From NCBI GenBank assembly GCA_009914755.4, contig CP068257.2, positions 17,376,001 through 17,440,000 of the forward strand: 64,000 nucleotides of DNA, in the 5' to 3' direction. Of this stretch, positions 14,815-31,146 are shown one piece after another. The notes under the pieces were generated by a model that saw only the letters and a program-made list of their open reading frames with translations, searched no databases and was not told the DNA's origin. The translations under genes were made by a program, and so were the position numbers. Each line of letters opens with the position of its first letter. Position 1 is the stretch's first letter. The DNA is from the human T2T-CHM13v2.0 reference genome, Homo sapiens.

Positions 14815-14880
14815 TTATGTATATATGTGTTTTTATATGTATATGTGTATATATGTGTGTTTTTGTAAATGTATGCATTT
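14815..14880. repeat. Imperfect (TG)n/(TA)n microsatellite
   Basis: atgtatatatgtgtttttatatgtatatgtgtatatatgtgtgtttttg. Confidence 0.6.
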
Positions 14881-17082
14881 ATATTCAGTATGTAATAATA
14901 AATCCAGATGATTTACATTCAAATCCTGGCTCATTTACTATCTTAGTGACTTTACACAAGTTGCTGACATGCTTTGTTCTCATTTCTCTTTAAAATAAAA
15001 ATAATACTAATTCTTACCCGGGAGAGTTGTTGTAACAATTAAATGAATAGATATATTAAAGTAATTAGAATAATGTCTGGTACACAGCAAGCATTCTAAA
15101 TATTGGCAATTATATTGTGTGTATTTTACTATGGCTGGACATGTGTTCACACCCAATGGTGACAGGGAGATGGAGAAGGAATGCTTTTTATAGATCTGAA
15201 ATTCTCAAGTCTTTATGATATTGAGAAAAAATATCCCCAGGTATCATCCAAAGTTTTGTCTTAAGTTATTTAATAAACTGGCTTGTTTTAAGTAGAATTT
15301 GTGTCCAAAATCAATCATAATCAAAATTAGGAATTTTAGGAAATTTGATTGTTTTACAAAACAGATTTCATAGATGTTTATATATAAGATGGTGTGCCAG
15401 ATCAACTGCTACTTGCTTTTTCTCCCCCCACTTTCATGTTCTTTTCTACTGACTGAGAGACTTTTTCTTGTAACTGAAATTTTAAAATCATCTTTAGATT
15501 ATTATAATCCTCAATCAATTTGTCTCTGAAATTCTGTTGGAAAGTCTTATTTACTCTCTGGTAGTTGTACTCATCTTCTTCCATTGTTGTCACATTTTTA
15601 GCTAGGCATATGGCCATCGATAATAAATATTTTTTTTTCCCAACCTTCCTTGCATCCAGGCATATCCATATTACTAGCTCAGGCCAATAATATGTAAATG
15701 GTCATCTGGCATCTGGCCATCTGGCAGCACTTGAGAGATGCTCTAATGAGTGAGTTGAGACATATTCTTCACAGTCCTTTTCATCTCCTCATCTTTCTTG
15801 CTTCCAGAAGAACATATATGAGAGCTGTCAGCACAGACTATTGAGGCTGAGAGCCACAGAGTAATTAAGTGTGTGAAGTGTCTTACTGTAGGCAAAGTGC
15901 TAGATAAAATGAAAAAAAAAATAGCAGAGCATATTTTACCTAGTCTAGGAGCTGATTGATCTCTTAGCCAAGGAAATTATTTTAGCTAAGGAAAGAAAAA
16001 TCAATATTAGCCTTGTGGTATTTACTCTGCCTGTTGTCTCTGCTGGAATGCTTTTCTTCCAAATATTCTCATGGCTAACTCCTTCACGTATTTTTAAATT
16101 ATAACCTAAGACACTCTAGTACTCCTGTTTCCTTTAACTAGTCCTACTCTGCCCCTTTCTTATTGTACTTATTACCTTCTAAAACATTATTTAATTTATT
16201 TATGTGTCATGATTATTGCACCTATCCCATTGAGATCTAAGTTCCGTGAGGTAAGATTTTTCTTTCTTTTGTTCATTGATGTGTTTCACATGCCTAGCAC
16301 AGGATATAAGACAGAAGCTTCAATTAATAGTTTTTAAAAGGGAGGGAAAGTAGTCAATCTCGATAGAGAAATATGTGTATAAAGACAACGAGTTAAAAAT
16401 ATTTTACAAGGACATATAATTAATCCTAGAATGGCTGCAACATACAAAGAAAATAGAAGAGCAATATGAGCTGAAACTTGAGATATTGGGAAGTTCAAAT
16501 AATGGAGAAATTTCTAGGTCTTCGCAAGATTCAGGGCTTTTAAGTAACATTAAAAGCCAATGGGGGAAGAATAATGTTTGGACTATTGGCGTGAAAACAA
16601 CTGAATTGATAAATAGGATTTACTTAATAAGGAGAGAACTGTAGACAATGGATAAGTATGCATGGTGGTAAAGAAGAGTTCAATTCAACTGTGGACTGGC
16701 TCAGCTACAGTGTGAAACTGCAGGTGTCAAGGGAGTAGGGGTGCAAAAAGGCCAGAAGTAGAGGTAGTTATCAGAGAATAGAATGTATGAACTAATGATT
16801 TCGGTAACTTCAAATTTCAAGTGATGGCATTGTCCAGGGTTTGGCTCTGGAATGGGGAATGTGGCTGAAGTGAAGGGAAGGAATTTGTGGGAGGGAAGCG
16901 CCAGTGGGAAGTCAAAGAAGTGGGAGATGACTGTGTAAGCTGAATCTTGGGCATTTAAGTAACACACTATTTTTAAGGAAATGACTGGTACAGGCAATAA
17001 AGACCCAATACATTAAATAAATAGGGGGAAAAGTGGCCTTATTCAAAGTCTCTGAGTGGATATGAAAAACAAAATACATCAA

Positions 17083-17352
17083 GCCTGTAGTCCCAGCACT
17101 TTGGGAGACTGAGACGGGTAGATCACCTGAGGTCAGGAGTTCAAGACCAGCATGGGCAACATGGCAAAATTCTGTCTCTACTAAAAATACAAAATTAGCC
17201 AGGTGTGGTGGCCGGTGCCTGTAATCCAGCTGCTTGGGAGACTGAGGCAGGAGAATCGTTGAACCACAGAGGCAGAGGTTGCAGTGAGCCAAGATCACAC
17301 TACTGCACTCCAGCCTAGAGGACAAGAGAGAAACTCCATCTGAAAAAAAAAT
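17083..17352 (+). mobile_element. Alu, plus strand, slightly 5'-truncated, with an A-rich tail
   Basis: cctgtagtcccagcactttgggagactgagacgggtagatcacctgaggtcaggagttcaagaccagc ... gcagtgagccaagatcacactactgcactccagcctagaggacaagagagaaactccatctgaaaaaaaa. Confidence 0.9.
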
Positions 17353-19011
17353 AAAGATGTTTGAAAAGATCAGTTTTAGGGGAAAAACAAAACAAAAACA
17401 AAAAACAAAAAAAACGCACACAGAAAATAGAATGAAAACCTGAAAACAGTTTTATAATTTGAAGAAAATTACAATCCATCACATTTTATGAAACAAGATA
17501 TCAATAGTAGGTTACTGGAACAATCCAGTGAGATGGAAAAGGAACTTGTGAATGCCACAGAAGTACATTTAGGAAAGAAAATGCCATACTGAACAAGAAC
17601 AGGCAGAATCATCAGGAGAGAAAAGTAATCACCGACAAGAAGAAGATTGATAATTTTTACCACAGAATTTTAACATTGCCATTGTCTCCACTTTCCAGAG
17701 GAAGAAACCAAAGTCCAAACAAGAAAAGGAGTGAACAGCAAGTAAATCACAGAGCTCTCCTTCTTACCTGGCTAAGTATCCATTTTTAATTCAAGTAAAG
17801 TAGCCTTAAGCTTCCCTGTTAAATCACGCGGTTTGGTGTTCATGCTTCTCTTAATTAGTAACATTCTCTAGGGATTATGGTGAGAATGCAATAAACTAAA
17901 ATATGCGAAGCACTTAGAAAGCGACTCACATAGCAGTCAGTGATAAATGATAGTGGATATTATCATTTTTGTTGCCATTAATTTACTACTATTGTTATTA
18001 GTGAGTCTCTGTTAAAAACTCTCTCTTAAAAACCCAGTTTATAATCAGTAAAATGAGAAAACAATGCATATTTTTGGTAAATGAGGGAATAAAGCCCACC
18101 TTGAAAAATCGTAGTAAAGATTAAGTGTGATAATGGATGAGAATGTTCTGAAAAGCACTTAACTTGGGAGGTTGAACTACTTGGTAAAATGTTTGAATCT
18201 CATGCAGTTGAATGTATGCTCTCCTTAGAATAATATTTCTGGATTCTTCACTATGTAGTCTACACCTCTCTATTCTGTTGTAAAATACAATTCCAAGGCT
18301 TGAATACAATATTTCAGAAGCTGCTGGCATGGACATTGCTTGCGCTTGATCTCATCTCTATTTCCTACTGCAGTTTCACACTACATTTAGCAGCCACAGC
18401 ATTTTGGTTTCATATTGAAGTCATGCTCAATTAAAACTACCTGGTCTCTTTTTTTTTTTCTCATAAACGTTTTGTCTCTCTTTTCCTCTGCCTGATGTTT
18501 GCTAAGACTATTACAAAGGAAATCTTACAGAAGCTTGTACTGAAACATACTGGACAAATTATTTTCACTACATAAAGTAAATTGATGATACGTGAGGTGT
18601 GTACTTGTTTTTGACCAGAGTTAACACCAGGTTGAAATGTAGACTCTGCTTATCTTTGGTGATTCCTATTCTGTGTTCATTCCTAATACTCCATCGACAA
18701 AGCTAAGTCATTTCTCACTTGCAGCTGTTAAGGCCATGTGGCTACCTTTCTGATTCTTTTCCATGGACTCATCTTTACCTTCACTGGAAGAAACATCTCA
18801 TACTAAATTGTATACTTAAAAATAACATTAGAAACTGTACATCTAAAAGCATCTTACGAATGGAAAGAATATGTTTTCCTTAAAGTGACTTCATAGAAGG
18901 ATTTAGGTTATTAGTAAATTAACTCTTTTTATTATTAGAAAATGAAAATATATACTGTGGAAGCATTACGGTGAGTGCTGCAGTATCCATACTCAGACAT
19001 CTAGGTTTTAA

Positions 19012-19402
<391 letters not shown>

Positions 19403-20167
19403 TAAAATTCTTATGATAAATAAATGATACAAATATCCAAAAGTGTTTATGAGTGTGCTTAATAAACACTAAATAATGTTGGTTATCATTATAAAATTTA
19501 TATAATTATTAGTGTCTGAAGTATTATGCATGCCATAGTTTTATGTGACTCAAATATTATTATTTTCTTCTTAATATCACTAATTTAATATTGAAGGAGA
19601 AGTTTTAGTAATATTTTTACTGGCAATTTTTAAAATAAGTAAGTTCTTTTGAATGCTCTGTAGAGTTATGGAAAGTAGCATTGCACACTCTAAGGAATAT
19701 TTGTAATTTCTAGGTCAGAAAGAAATTAAGGGAGGGCTTAGTGCCCACAGTTGTCCTTACATAACTTCTCTGTCTTCTCAACAGCTTTGATCAGTCACGC
19801 ATCAATTTGCCTTTGAAGGAAGAGGAAAGAGTTTGCATTTTACAATGAGAACATATCAGCACTTATATTTAATTTACAAAGTGAAGCTTTAAATATTTTT
19901 AAATGAAACTGAGAGTAATCTGATTGAAAAAGCATCTTCTGACATTTCACTTTCTGCAAATGCACATTCATCGTGGTGATGGATGGCTTGCTTGAAATGA
20001 TAACTAATTTGGATTTCAGTTGGAAAGAATACTGCTAACTCCACTAAAAGTATCACTTATATGTTCTCTATTCCTCTTCTCTCATTTCTTTATACATTAC
20101 AAAATACATAACATTTTCTGACCAGAAACTAGCATTGCTTAGACAAAAAAATTCAATTATAACATAA

Positions 20168-20507
<340 letters not shown>

Positions 20508-20766
20508 CAGTTTTCTTGATTGTGGTATTTGAGTGTACACTAGAAGGGTAATAGGCAAATTTATATCCCAGTCATTTTGTGAGGGAATTTCAAAGCTTCC
20601 CTGTTATTTTCAGCTTGAAATTTGTTCCTCACATCTAAAGTAAGAAGAACATAAAATATATTTTCCCTGGTGAAAACTTTCCCCATTCTGAGTTTCAGTG
20701 AACATTGATGTCCTCAGTAGAGGCTCAATAAATACAATTAGGATGAAAGAAATCTGAACATGATAG

Positions 20767-21156
<390 letters not shown>

Positions 21157-22460
21157 TCTTTTTTTGTTCTTATCTTTCCTTTTCTTTTTTAAACAGCAAG
21201 GCCTACTGCCTTTTCTCCTAGTGTTTTGACTTTATTTAGTTTTGATTTATTTTATTAGGGATATAAGTGTAAGTAATTCTACAATCTCTAGAATGTATAT
21301 GATACATAGTATTTTTATAGTTGATGTCTAGAGTCTACTTTCTTGCAGTGGTTTCAGCCCAGTGAATGTAGGTTACTGTCATTACAGACTCATGGCATTT
21401 ATGCTAAGACACAGAAGGTGTAACATGTATACATTACTACATGGCAAGTATAATGAATGATATTGGTACCTGTCCCACTCCCCGTCTCCCAGCTGCTGTA
21501 AGAGTTGACTGATAACAGCTCACAGATTCTCCCTTGTATGAAGGGTTGCCCTTGGCCAGATTGGAGATACTTGACCAGAAAACTACAGCTTCCCGAAAAC
21601 CCTCCTGTAGACCTGCTTTGCATTGGAATACGAGACTGTTCTCTTGCCTCCAGGTGGGACTGTCTTATCTCTCAGGTGCTGGTGAGATCCCAAGACTACA
21701 CCATTGTTTAGCATTCTTATATTCTTCATAGCTGTGTCCCTCACATCTCTTCTGCTGAGAGTACTCCATCAGTAAGACATTGAACAAAATTCCTTATCTC
21801 AGGTCAGCCTCTACAAAACCCAACCTGAGCTAGCAAGTGACACATCCTGAGTTCTGATCATGGAAATATATTCTACTTAGGTTCACCATCTTTCTAACTT
21901 TTTACATTTTATTTTTATTTACAATCACATATTCATGCAGAATGTTATACTAAATTCATACTCATATTCTCATTGAATGTTAAATTAAAATCACAATATT
22001 TTTAAAAGATAATTTTTAAACTTCTTTACACATACAATTTATTTTCTCTGTCTCTGGCCACCACTCTAACACTCTAAAACAAACAAAATATCATGGAATA
22101 TTCTAAAAAATTAATTTCTGAAGCATTAATATAAATAACTTAATTAAAAAGAAAACATTTCTAAAACTTAAAATCTTTTTTTTTAATCATAGAAAGTGGG
22201 ACTAAAATAATGAAGAACATAGATCTCTAGTACTTATCTATCATAAAGGCATAGGCTTACAACACATTCTCCATATGTGGCATTTCTCCATTCCAAGTTT
22301 TACACTAGAACTCTAAATCCTAGAATTCAACTTGCATACCAAGAACCACACTATTGAGATGAGTTCCAAAATGGGTTTTGAGTAGATTTGAATCGAAGAT
22401 AATGGAGAAAGAGACAATCATTTTTACAGTGCAATATCAGCATTTTAAAAATTATTATTG

Positions 22461-22911
22461 TTTTTTAACTTTGATTTTAAGTTCAGGGGTGCATGTGCAG
22501 GTTTTTACATAGGTAAATTTGTTTCATGCAGGTTTGTTGTGCAGATTATTTCATCACCCAGGTATTAAGCCTCATCCCAATTAGTTATTTTTCCTGATCT
22601 TCTTCCTCCTTCCACCCTCCACCCTCCACCCTCCAAAAGACCCCAGTGTGTGTTATTCCCCTCTATATGTCCATGTGTTCTCATTTTGAAGCTCACTACT
22701 TATAAATGAGAACATGTAGTATTTGGTTTTCTGTTCCTGCATTAGTTTGCTAAGGATAAGGGCTTCCAGCTCCATCTATATTCCTGCAAATGGCATGATC
22801 TTATTCTTTTCTATCGCTGCATAGTATTCCATGGTTTTATGCCACATTTTCTTTATCCAGTCTATCATTGACGGGTATTTAGGTTGATTCAATGTCTTTG
22901 CTATTGTGAAT
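22461..22911 (-). mobile_element. L1 3'-end fragment (older L1P/L1M-type), minus strand, about 450 bp
   Basis: Reverse complement of the L1 3' UTR and ORF2 end: ttttaagttcaggggtgcatgtgcagg ... atgagaacatgtagtatttggttttctgttcctgcattagtttgctaaggataagg ... ctgcatagtattccatggttttatgccacattttctttatccagtctatcattgacggg ... tctttgctattgtgaat. Parallel to the young L1 at 55361. Confidence 0.75.
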
Positions 22912-23190
22912 TTATCTTAAGCATTAAGAAGGGACCTATCAGCTTCAGTATGACTTTGCATTTCTATGGTTACATATAGATCATGGCTGTCATATTGTAC
23001 TACTTTAAGATATTTAATTTAGAAAGAATACAACATGCAGCTTAGTGCATCTCTTATAAGTAATAGTGATCTTAGCCTGAGCTTTTCAGGTTCTAGAGCT
23101 TTGCAGGAAAAGGAGACTGGAAGGTTTTTGCAATATCACCTATGCACCATGAATTTTTTAAAAAATTATACATTTTTAATACACAAATCA

Positions 23191-23482
23191 TTTTTTTTTT
23201 GAGACGGAGTCACACTCTGTCACCCAGGCTGGAGTGCAGTGGCACAACCTTGGCTCACTGCAACTTCTGCCACTTGGGTTCAAGTGATTCTCTGGCTCAG
23301 TCTCTGGAGTAGCTGGGATTACAGGTGCCTGCCATCACACCAAGCTAATCTTTTTTTGGATTCTTAGTAGAGATGGGGTTTCACTATATTGGCCAGGGTC
23401 ATCTTGAATTCCTGACCTTGTGATCCACCCACCTCGGCCTCCCAGAGTGCTGGGATTACAGGCATGAGCCACCACACTCAGG
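23191..23482 (-). mobile_element. Alu (older S/J-like), minus strand
   Basis: Poly-T then gagacggagtcacactctgtcacccaggctggagtgcagtggcacaacc ... ctgggattacaggcatgagccaccacactcaggc. TSD cacaaatcatttttt on both sides. Confidence 0.9.
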
Positions 23483-23882
23483 CACAAATCATTTTTTATA
23501 TTTGAAAGAATATAGAATAGACAAATTGCAAACCCGAATTCTCAATCCAAATTTGTAAGATCTTGTACAAGTCAGCTTATATTTCTGATATTTAACTTTC
23601 TCGTTATAAAGTGAAGGACTTACTGTTAAATGTGCAGGAGAACACATGCATTTAAATTCATTTCCTCTCTTATCTCTACTAAAATGTCACTGAAAAAATT
23701 AACCCATACCCAAACTCCCTAACAAAAATGTAATTCCATGAAGACAAAGAGAATAGGAAAGGAGATGACCCTCTAGAAGGAATGTGATTTAAGTTTTGGT
23801 AGCCGGAACGCTGAGGCACAAGCAGTAAGGAAGTAGACACGAGAAAGCTGTAAATCAGGCTTGAGTGACAAAGGTGGTGAAG

Positions 23883-24816
23883 TCACCCCTGCAGCAAACT
23901 TGTACCTGGACATCCAGACGTTTCCATACATCATCTGAAATCTACATGGAGGTTCCCAAACCTCAATTCTTGACTTCTGTGCACCTGCAGGCTCAACACC
24001 ACATGGAAGGTGCTAATGGTTGGGGCTTGCACCCTCTAAAACCACTGCAAGAGCTGTACCTTGGTTGCTTTTAGCCATGGCTAGAGTGGCTAGGTTGCAG
24101 GGCACCAAGTCCCTAGGCAGCACACAGCAGAGGGGCCTTGGGCCTAGCCCATGAAACCGGTTTTTCCTCCTAGGCCTCCAGGCCTGTGATGGGGGGTGGC
24201 TGCCATAGAGGTCTCTGACCGTGCCCTGGAGACATTATTCCCCATTGTCTTGGCAAATCACATTTGGCTCCTCGTTCTGTATGCAAATTTCTCCAGTAGT
24301 CTCAAATTTCTTCCAGAAAATGGGTTTTTCTTTTCTATTGCCTCGTCAGGCTGCAAATTTTTTCAACTTTTATATTCTGTTTCCCTTTTAAAACTGAATT
24401 CTTTTAACAGCATCCAAGTCACCTCTTGAATGCTTTGCTGCTTATAAATTTCTTCCACCGGATATCCTATGTCATCTCCCTTAAGATCAAAACTCCACAA
24501 ATCTCTAGGGCAGGAGCAAAATGCCACCAATCTCTTTGCTAAAACAGCAAGAGTCACCTTTGCTTCAGTTCCCAACAAGTTCCTCATCTCCATCTGAGAC
24601 CACCTCTGCCTGGATTTCATTTTCTATGCCATTATCAGCGTTTTGGTCAAAGACATTCAACAAGCCTCTAGGAATTTCCAAACTTTCCTACATATCCCTG
24701 TCTTCTTCTCCACCCTCCAAACTGTTCCAATTTCTGTGTGTTACCCAGTTCCAAAATTGTTTCCACATTTTTGGGGTATTTTTGTAGCAGCACCCCACTG
24801 TACCAGTACCAATTTA
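23883..24816 (-). mobile_element. ERVL-MaLR internal region (THE1/MST-int), minus strand, 3'-truncated
   Basis: The reverse complement aligns with the plus-strand internal copy at 60687-62253: gtaaattggtactgg ... aactttggaactgggtaaca ... agcaaagcattcaagaggtgactt ... cccctcccatcacaggc. Translated ORFs 24196-24429(+) and 24521-24787(+) resemble ORFs 61072-61257(-) and 60484-60939(-). Confidence 0.65.
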
Positions 24817-25153
24817 CTGTATTCATCTGTTTTCTTGCTGCTGATGAAGACATACCCGAGATTAGATAATTTATAAAGAAAAAGAGGTTTAATGGACTCA
24901 GTTCCATGTGGCTGGGGAGGCCTCACAATCACAGTGGAAGGCAAAAAGCATGTCTTACATGGTGGCAGACAAGAGAGAATGAGAGAACCAGGTGAAAAGG
25001 ATTTCCCCTTATAAAACCATCATATCTCGTGAGACTTATTCACTACAACAGTGTAGGACAAACTGCCCCCATGATTCAATTATCTCCCACCGGCTCCCTC
25101 CCACAACACAAATCAAGATGAGATTTGGGTGAGACACAGCCAAACGATATCAC
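24817..25153 (-). mobile_element. THE1-like MaLR LTR (5' LTR of the minus-strand element above)
   Basis: Reverse complement of the LTR 3' end at 24817: ctgtattcatctgttttcttgctgctgatgaagacatacccgag. The other end carries cccccatgattcaattatctcccaccggctccctcccacaacac...agatgagatttgggtgagacacagccaaacgatatca. Confidence 0.7.
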
Positions 25154-27520
25154 TCTCTCATCAGAAAACTCTAGAGGTTAAATGTGGCATGAAACAAAGT
25201 AATGAGCCTCTTTCCTCCTTCCTCTCACTCCAAGAGTTGTAGTATCACCTGGCAGGTAGGTCAGGACATCCATTCTGGCTAGGGTCTACATTTGGTGACC
25301 ACATCATCTTAAGGTCTGGAAGGCTGCTCCTAGTGGGGGACTCCATGTAAAGAAAAGTAGGATTTCTGGTTATTATCATTATAAACTAAAAACAATTAGG
25401 AAATTTCAGGCAAAGACTATAGAAATTACTACACTCATGTAATAGTCTTGTATAAATCCTACATTTAAGCAAAATTAAGAAAGACCTGTCTTTGAATGAT
25501 ATCAGAAGACTGTGATAATAATTAATTAAGTGTGTTATTTAATTAGTCTTTAAATATATTTTAACAATACATTTTAGATAAAAACAGAGACCATGACCTG
25601 CACCCATGTGTAGACTGGGCCCCAGTGGGATACTTTTTGATCCTCTTCCCAACCCCTAGACTTCCCCTGTACCTATGGTTCACTGGATGCCCCAAGGATA
25701 CCTGATACTCATGTTTACAATGTTGTCCCTGGGCTACGTTTCCAGGCTAGATCCAGAAGGGTGGTTTGGAGAATAGTTCATTTTCCTGGGTAGTGTGGCC
25801 AGTGTGGCTGGCAAAGAATTTCTTCCTGGGATCACATGAGATTCATCACTGGGATGATACTGACACACTGATTTGGGGTGACTCTCACCTAAGTCAGAAT
25901 CTGGAAATGGTCAGGATTCTGATCTACCAGTGGTTCAATTCTGAGCCTGGAACATGAGCCACATGTGTGAGCTGTGATTTAGCTCTGATCCATCAGTGTT
26001 CCAACCACATTGCTGTCTGTGGCCTATAGAATAAGAGGGGTGCAAGGGTAGCAGTAGGCATCATTTACCTTGTGCCTCTCCCCATCTGCTACTGAAACTC
26101 AGGGAGGTTACCTCAACCCTTACTGCAAATGCCTTTTCGGTGTCAGTCTTCCTGCCAGGGATGGCTGTGTTTGTTTCTTCTAAAGGCTCCAAGGAGAATC
26201 CAAATGTAAAATTTTGCTTTATGACTTAAGTGTTATTTAACACAATGAATAATGCATTTATAAAATATATCCACTAGAAACTTGGCTGTCTGGGAATGTG
26301 TATGAATAAAAATTAACCTAAGGATATAAACAAGTGACTGTGTTGTATTTACTTATTATAATAAAACTCTAGGAAAAATAACTATCTCATCCTCAGTTAA
26401 GTTCATCAAATACTGAGATTCCATTATGAGCAGGGAAATTTGTGGATATAAGGACTAAGCATATTAATAACAGGTTCTGTCCTCAGGAAACATCATCTTG
26501 GAGGAATACAGACCGTAAACATAATTTTATTGTAATGGCAACACTCTGTATATAATGGTATGAATGGATACACTGAGCCCAGAAAACAGCAGCCACATCA
26601 GATCTTTCTAGTGAATGTTTTCCTAATTGAGTCTTCGTAAGAGTTTGCTATGTGAAAAAGTGTGGAATAAATGTGGCAGTCAAAGGGAAGTACATAGGAA
26701 TATTGTTTAGCTATTTCTATGTAACAGACCACCCAACTTAGTCCTTAAAACATCAGCTCTTTGTGGTTGCTCTCAATTATGTAGACCTCAATTCATTTTA
26801 TTGACAATTTCCATTTGGAAATTTAGACTTGGCTTAGCTTTCTGATCCTTCTGTTCTTAACTGAACTACCACATGCATTTACAGAGTTCTGGGCAGCTCT
26901 GCCTCTGAGGAGTTGGCTAGCTTTTCACTGAGGGAAGGGGATGGTAAAGGAGACTCAGCCTCATGTTTGTCAACATTAGGGGACTGTCCCAAGTTTGTTC
27001 ACATAAAGGCTTGGCAAGAATTTAAGAGGGATAATGGAATCAAAGCCTATTCAAGGCTAGGCTTGGTATAATGCCACTTTCACATGTTGACCAAAGCATC
27101 GGCTACAGGCAGTCATGAGGTCAGCCTAGATTCAGGGATGACAAAGAGATCTACCTCTTAATCAAAGGAACTGCAAAGTCTCATTAAAAAGTGGCATGCA
27201 TTCAGGGAAAGGTGGGAACATGTGGCATGTATTTATTTATCCATTTGTTTATTTAATGCATTTAACCACAACACATAAAGTTTCTAAGCATAAGATAATT
27301 TTGTGTAAAATTAATTAACTTTACTAATACAATTGAACTTTTATTATAAACTAAAACTTTAAGTGGAATATAAAGTAGGAAATTAGAAAAGATGAAGCTG
27401 GAGAGGTAACAATCCTGAAAAAGAAGGGTTAACTTAACAAGATGTGACATTTTTTGTAGATTATAGTATTTCCCACCAAATTCAGACATGCAGAGATCTC
27501 CTGCAGAATAAGCTAGAGAT

Positions 27521-27571
<51 letters not shown>
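27521..27571. repeat. (AC)n microsatellite, about 25 units
   Basis: acacacacac... read directly. Confidence 0.9.
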
Positions 27572-27574
<3 letters not shown>

Positions 27575-28372
27575 TTATTTGCTCGAAGACAACAGGGAAA
27601 AACGACTTCATACTTTACCCACTACTCTTAGAAATTTCCAAGATAAATCAATATAATACAATATACTAAAGGTGTCAAAAAGTCCTTCAAAAAAGAGAAA
27701 TCTTTATTTTCATAACAAAACAGTTATGCTTATTAAAACAAAGACTTTTTCTTTTCCTTTTCACCAAATACTAATATTGAAAGGTGAATAATGCTTTTGA
27801 AGAGAAAGTAAAATATTTTAATCAGGTTGTTACAGGTAAGATTTTTACTTTAGAGAGATTACCCTGGCAGTGGGCTGGATGAAAGATTAAAAAATGATTA
27901 AAACCTGCAAGATGAGAAATAGATGACTATTGTGATTATCTAAAGAGAAAAAAACAAATTTCCAATCTCTGACATTGATTGCAAGAATAAAGAAAGGACA
28001 AACAGATTTTAATAAAACATAACTCAGTCATAGATTGGATGTGGGGCATGAGAAAGAGTAGAATTTTGAATGACAATCAAGTTTCTAAATTGAGAGATTA
28101 ATGTTATCACTAAGACAAGGAACAGGAATACCTTTGATTTTCTTTTGTCCACTACACATGTGTTTTTCCCCACTCTCAGACTCATGATGAAATATGAAAG
28201 GAGATTTAGATTCTGCCCAACTAGAACTCATATTCAAACTAAAAGTAGAAACTGATCAAAGAGTTTGTTGTTTGGGAGCAAGATTAAGAAGGAGGTAGGT
28301 ATGGTGAGAAAGGGAATTTCTTAAAGTCATCTTATAATATTTAGTTTCTTTCCTACACAAGTATTAACATGA

Positions 28373-28623
<251 letters not shown>

Positions 28624-31146
28624 GAAAATTTTCATATAAAATAAAAGAACAAAGGAAAAGTCTTTCTGTTTCATTCAACCATGACTTTATTTAACATCAT
28701 TGTAATTAAATACATATTAAATTTTTAGACAATGAATAAGAAATACATTACCTAGAAGCAAGTTTGCTTGTGTCTGGAAATTATTTTAAAACATGTCCAG
28801 GTTTACGTAGGAATCTATAGCCAAAGCAACTTTTGTGGCACATACTTTAGGATAGATTTGAAGATGTGTGACCAAGTAGAGAATAAATACTATATGGGAT
28901 AAAGTAGATGTGCTATTTTATGTCCTGGATCTGAGAAAACAAATTATGGAGGGGAAAGAAAAACACTTTCAAATTTATTGACGTAATACACATTTTCCAA
29001 GAGTTTGTTTCACTGATGTTCCACATTTCAAAGACTAAATGCAAAATGTTTTCTAATGTATAAAATTCATTTAACTGATATAAATTTTTTCATATTAATA
29101 TCTGTGCAAAAATGCAGTATACATTATTTTATTTGTAGGGAGATCTTCTCTGTTCATTTTCAGGTAATAATGTCAATAATGCCCTAATACCAGGGTTTTG
29201 TATTATTTTATATATCAATATCGATATCAATACAAAGGATCTTGATATTATTGACTCACTGGTTTAATAGTTTCTAAAAATAGGTATTTCCAGAAATGCA
29301 CCTTATTGCATACACTATACACATTTGTGTGCAGGTCCACATATAGGCATATGTTGATTAGATATAATAACCAGAAACTACTTGCTTGAAGGCAAAAATT
29401 TTTATGTCATCCCTTTCTTAAAACAGTTTTCTGATACAACTTTGGGCTTCACTGACAACCTAGAGTTATTCTTTTTTACACAACTGACTAACAAAATGGT
29501 TTCAAGTTTATTTAATATATAACTGTAAGTAATTCAGAGACTCCTGGGATAAAGCAAGTGGAATTCAGTGCAAAAGAATAATATGGTAGATTATTAGCTT
29601 GTAAGTAACAAAAATCAGGATATATGCCTCTGAGTTAAAAAAAATCAGTTTGATGTCTGATCACGAGGCAATGACATTGCTGGTTTCCATAGCAACCAAA
29701 TCCTGAGTATTCTTCATTCATCTCTTTTCTACCAGAATCCACCTCATTACGGTAAAAAGAAATTCAGTGTCACATCAATGAAAACTCTAATATTTATAGA
29801 TCCAAATACATTTTTTCTGTCCAGGGTGACTAAGTAAAGATGCTAAAATCCAGCATTGGCTTGAACAAGAAAAGTTAATTTCAAAGTGAGAAGAACTGAA
29901 GCTTTCTTGAATTTTACTTATGTATGCAGCATTTATTATTTGAGCATTCGAGAGAGATGTTTTTTTCATCTACTTTGACAGGCTCAGCTCTTTGGAGAGT
30001 TTATTTTATCTCCCCTAGTCAGAAGTTGATTTCCGTGGCACTTCTGCCTCAAACTTAAAAGTCAAAATACAAAAGAACTAGCACACTTATTCTTGTCTAG
30101 CAAAGATAAGATTTATTCTGTGTGGTGTAAAAACACCTGACAAACTATCTACTTGATACTGAATTTGCAAAATACTTTCATACCACATTTTTGAATGGGA
30201 AAATATGATAACATAATTGACTATGAGTTGTGTTTCCTGTGATTATGTATAAAAATATATACATTTTAGTATAGCTATATTACACAATTTGACAGCACTG
30301 CCGTTTTGATTGATCCATTGATGGATTTTTTTATCGCAAGTTGCAAAGTAATTATTTTATTTTAGAAGCACAATTCAAATCTCTCTAGCTTTGTCATATA
30401 CTAGTCACACAGTTCAAATATATGGTTTTGGTGCACTTATCTTGTACAGTGTATCACATTCTGTGCATATTCTATTTCACTGGTGTATTTCCATAGGACT
30501 CTCTACAGTTTTTTGCATAAACACTTAAATAATTCTTTTCTCTGGTTGTTGATCTAATATCTTTAATCCTCAGAATACTGCAGGTTTCATGCAGGAAACA
30601 AGTCTCCTGTTTTATGCTGGATCTCAGTACTCAACATAGAGGCTGGAACACAAGAGAGGTCAATACATTTTAATGAATGAAAGAATGAATAATGAGCCAA
30701 AAATTTACTGTTTCTATTACTTGTTAATTTTATAACCAAATTCCAATGGCTCTATTATCATTATTGCCTTTAGATTTACAGTGCATAAGCATTGCATTTT
30801 GTGTAAAGTCATAGGGAAATGGGTATACACAGCTAAATAAGAGTATCCATCATGTCCATGACTTGCTACTGTTTATAGATATAACACAATACATAATATA
30901 TCACAGAACTGACGGGCCAGAAGAAAAAATGTAAACTTATCTTGAAATTAACATTTTTAGCAAAGAAAAGAGAGAACCAAGAAACCAAAGTAAGAGAATA
31001 ATAGAGAGCAAAAGTAAACAGCATATTTTCTTCTAGTTTTCTCCCATGAAGGCTAGGAATTTTAAGTCGAGTTCATAATTGACTTTGCATCAAGCAATTA
31101 GTTGAATAGATATCATAGACAGGTGCTTTGTATGATGCTTAGAGAT

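Noticed and set aside
16912-17421. 169-aa minus-strand ORF
   Set aside because: It is almost entirely the antisense translation of the Alu at 17083-17352 plus its A-rich tail and an (AAAAC)n run. This is a well-known spurious ORF type.
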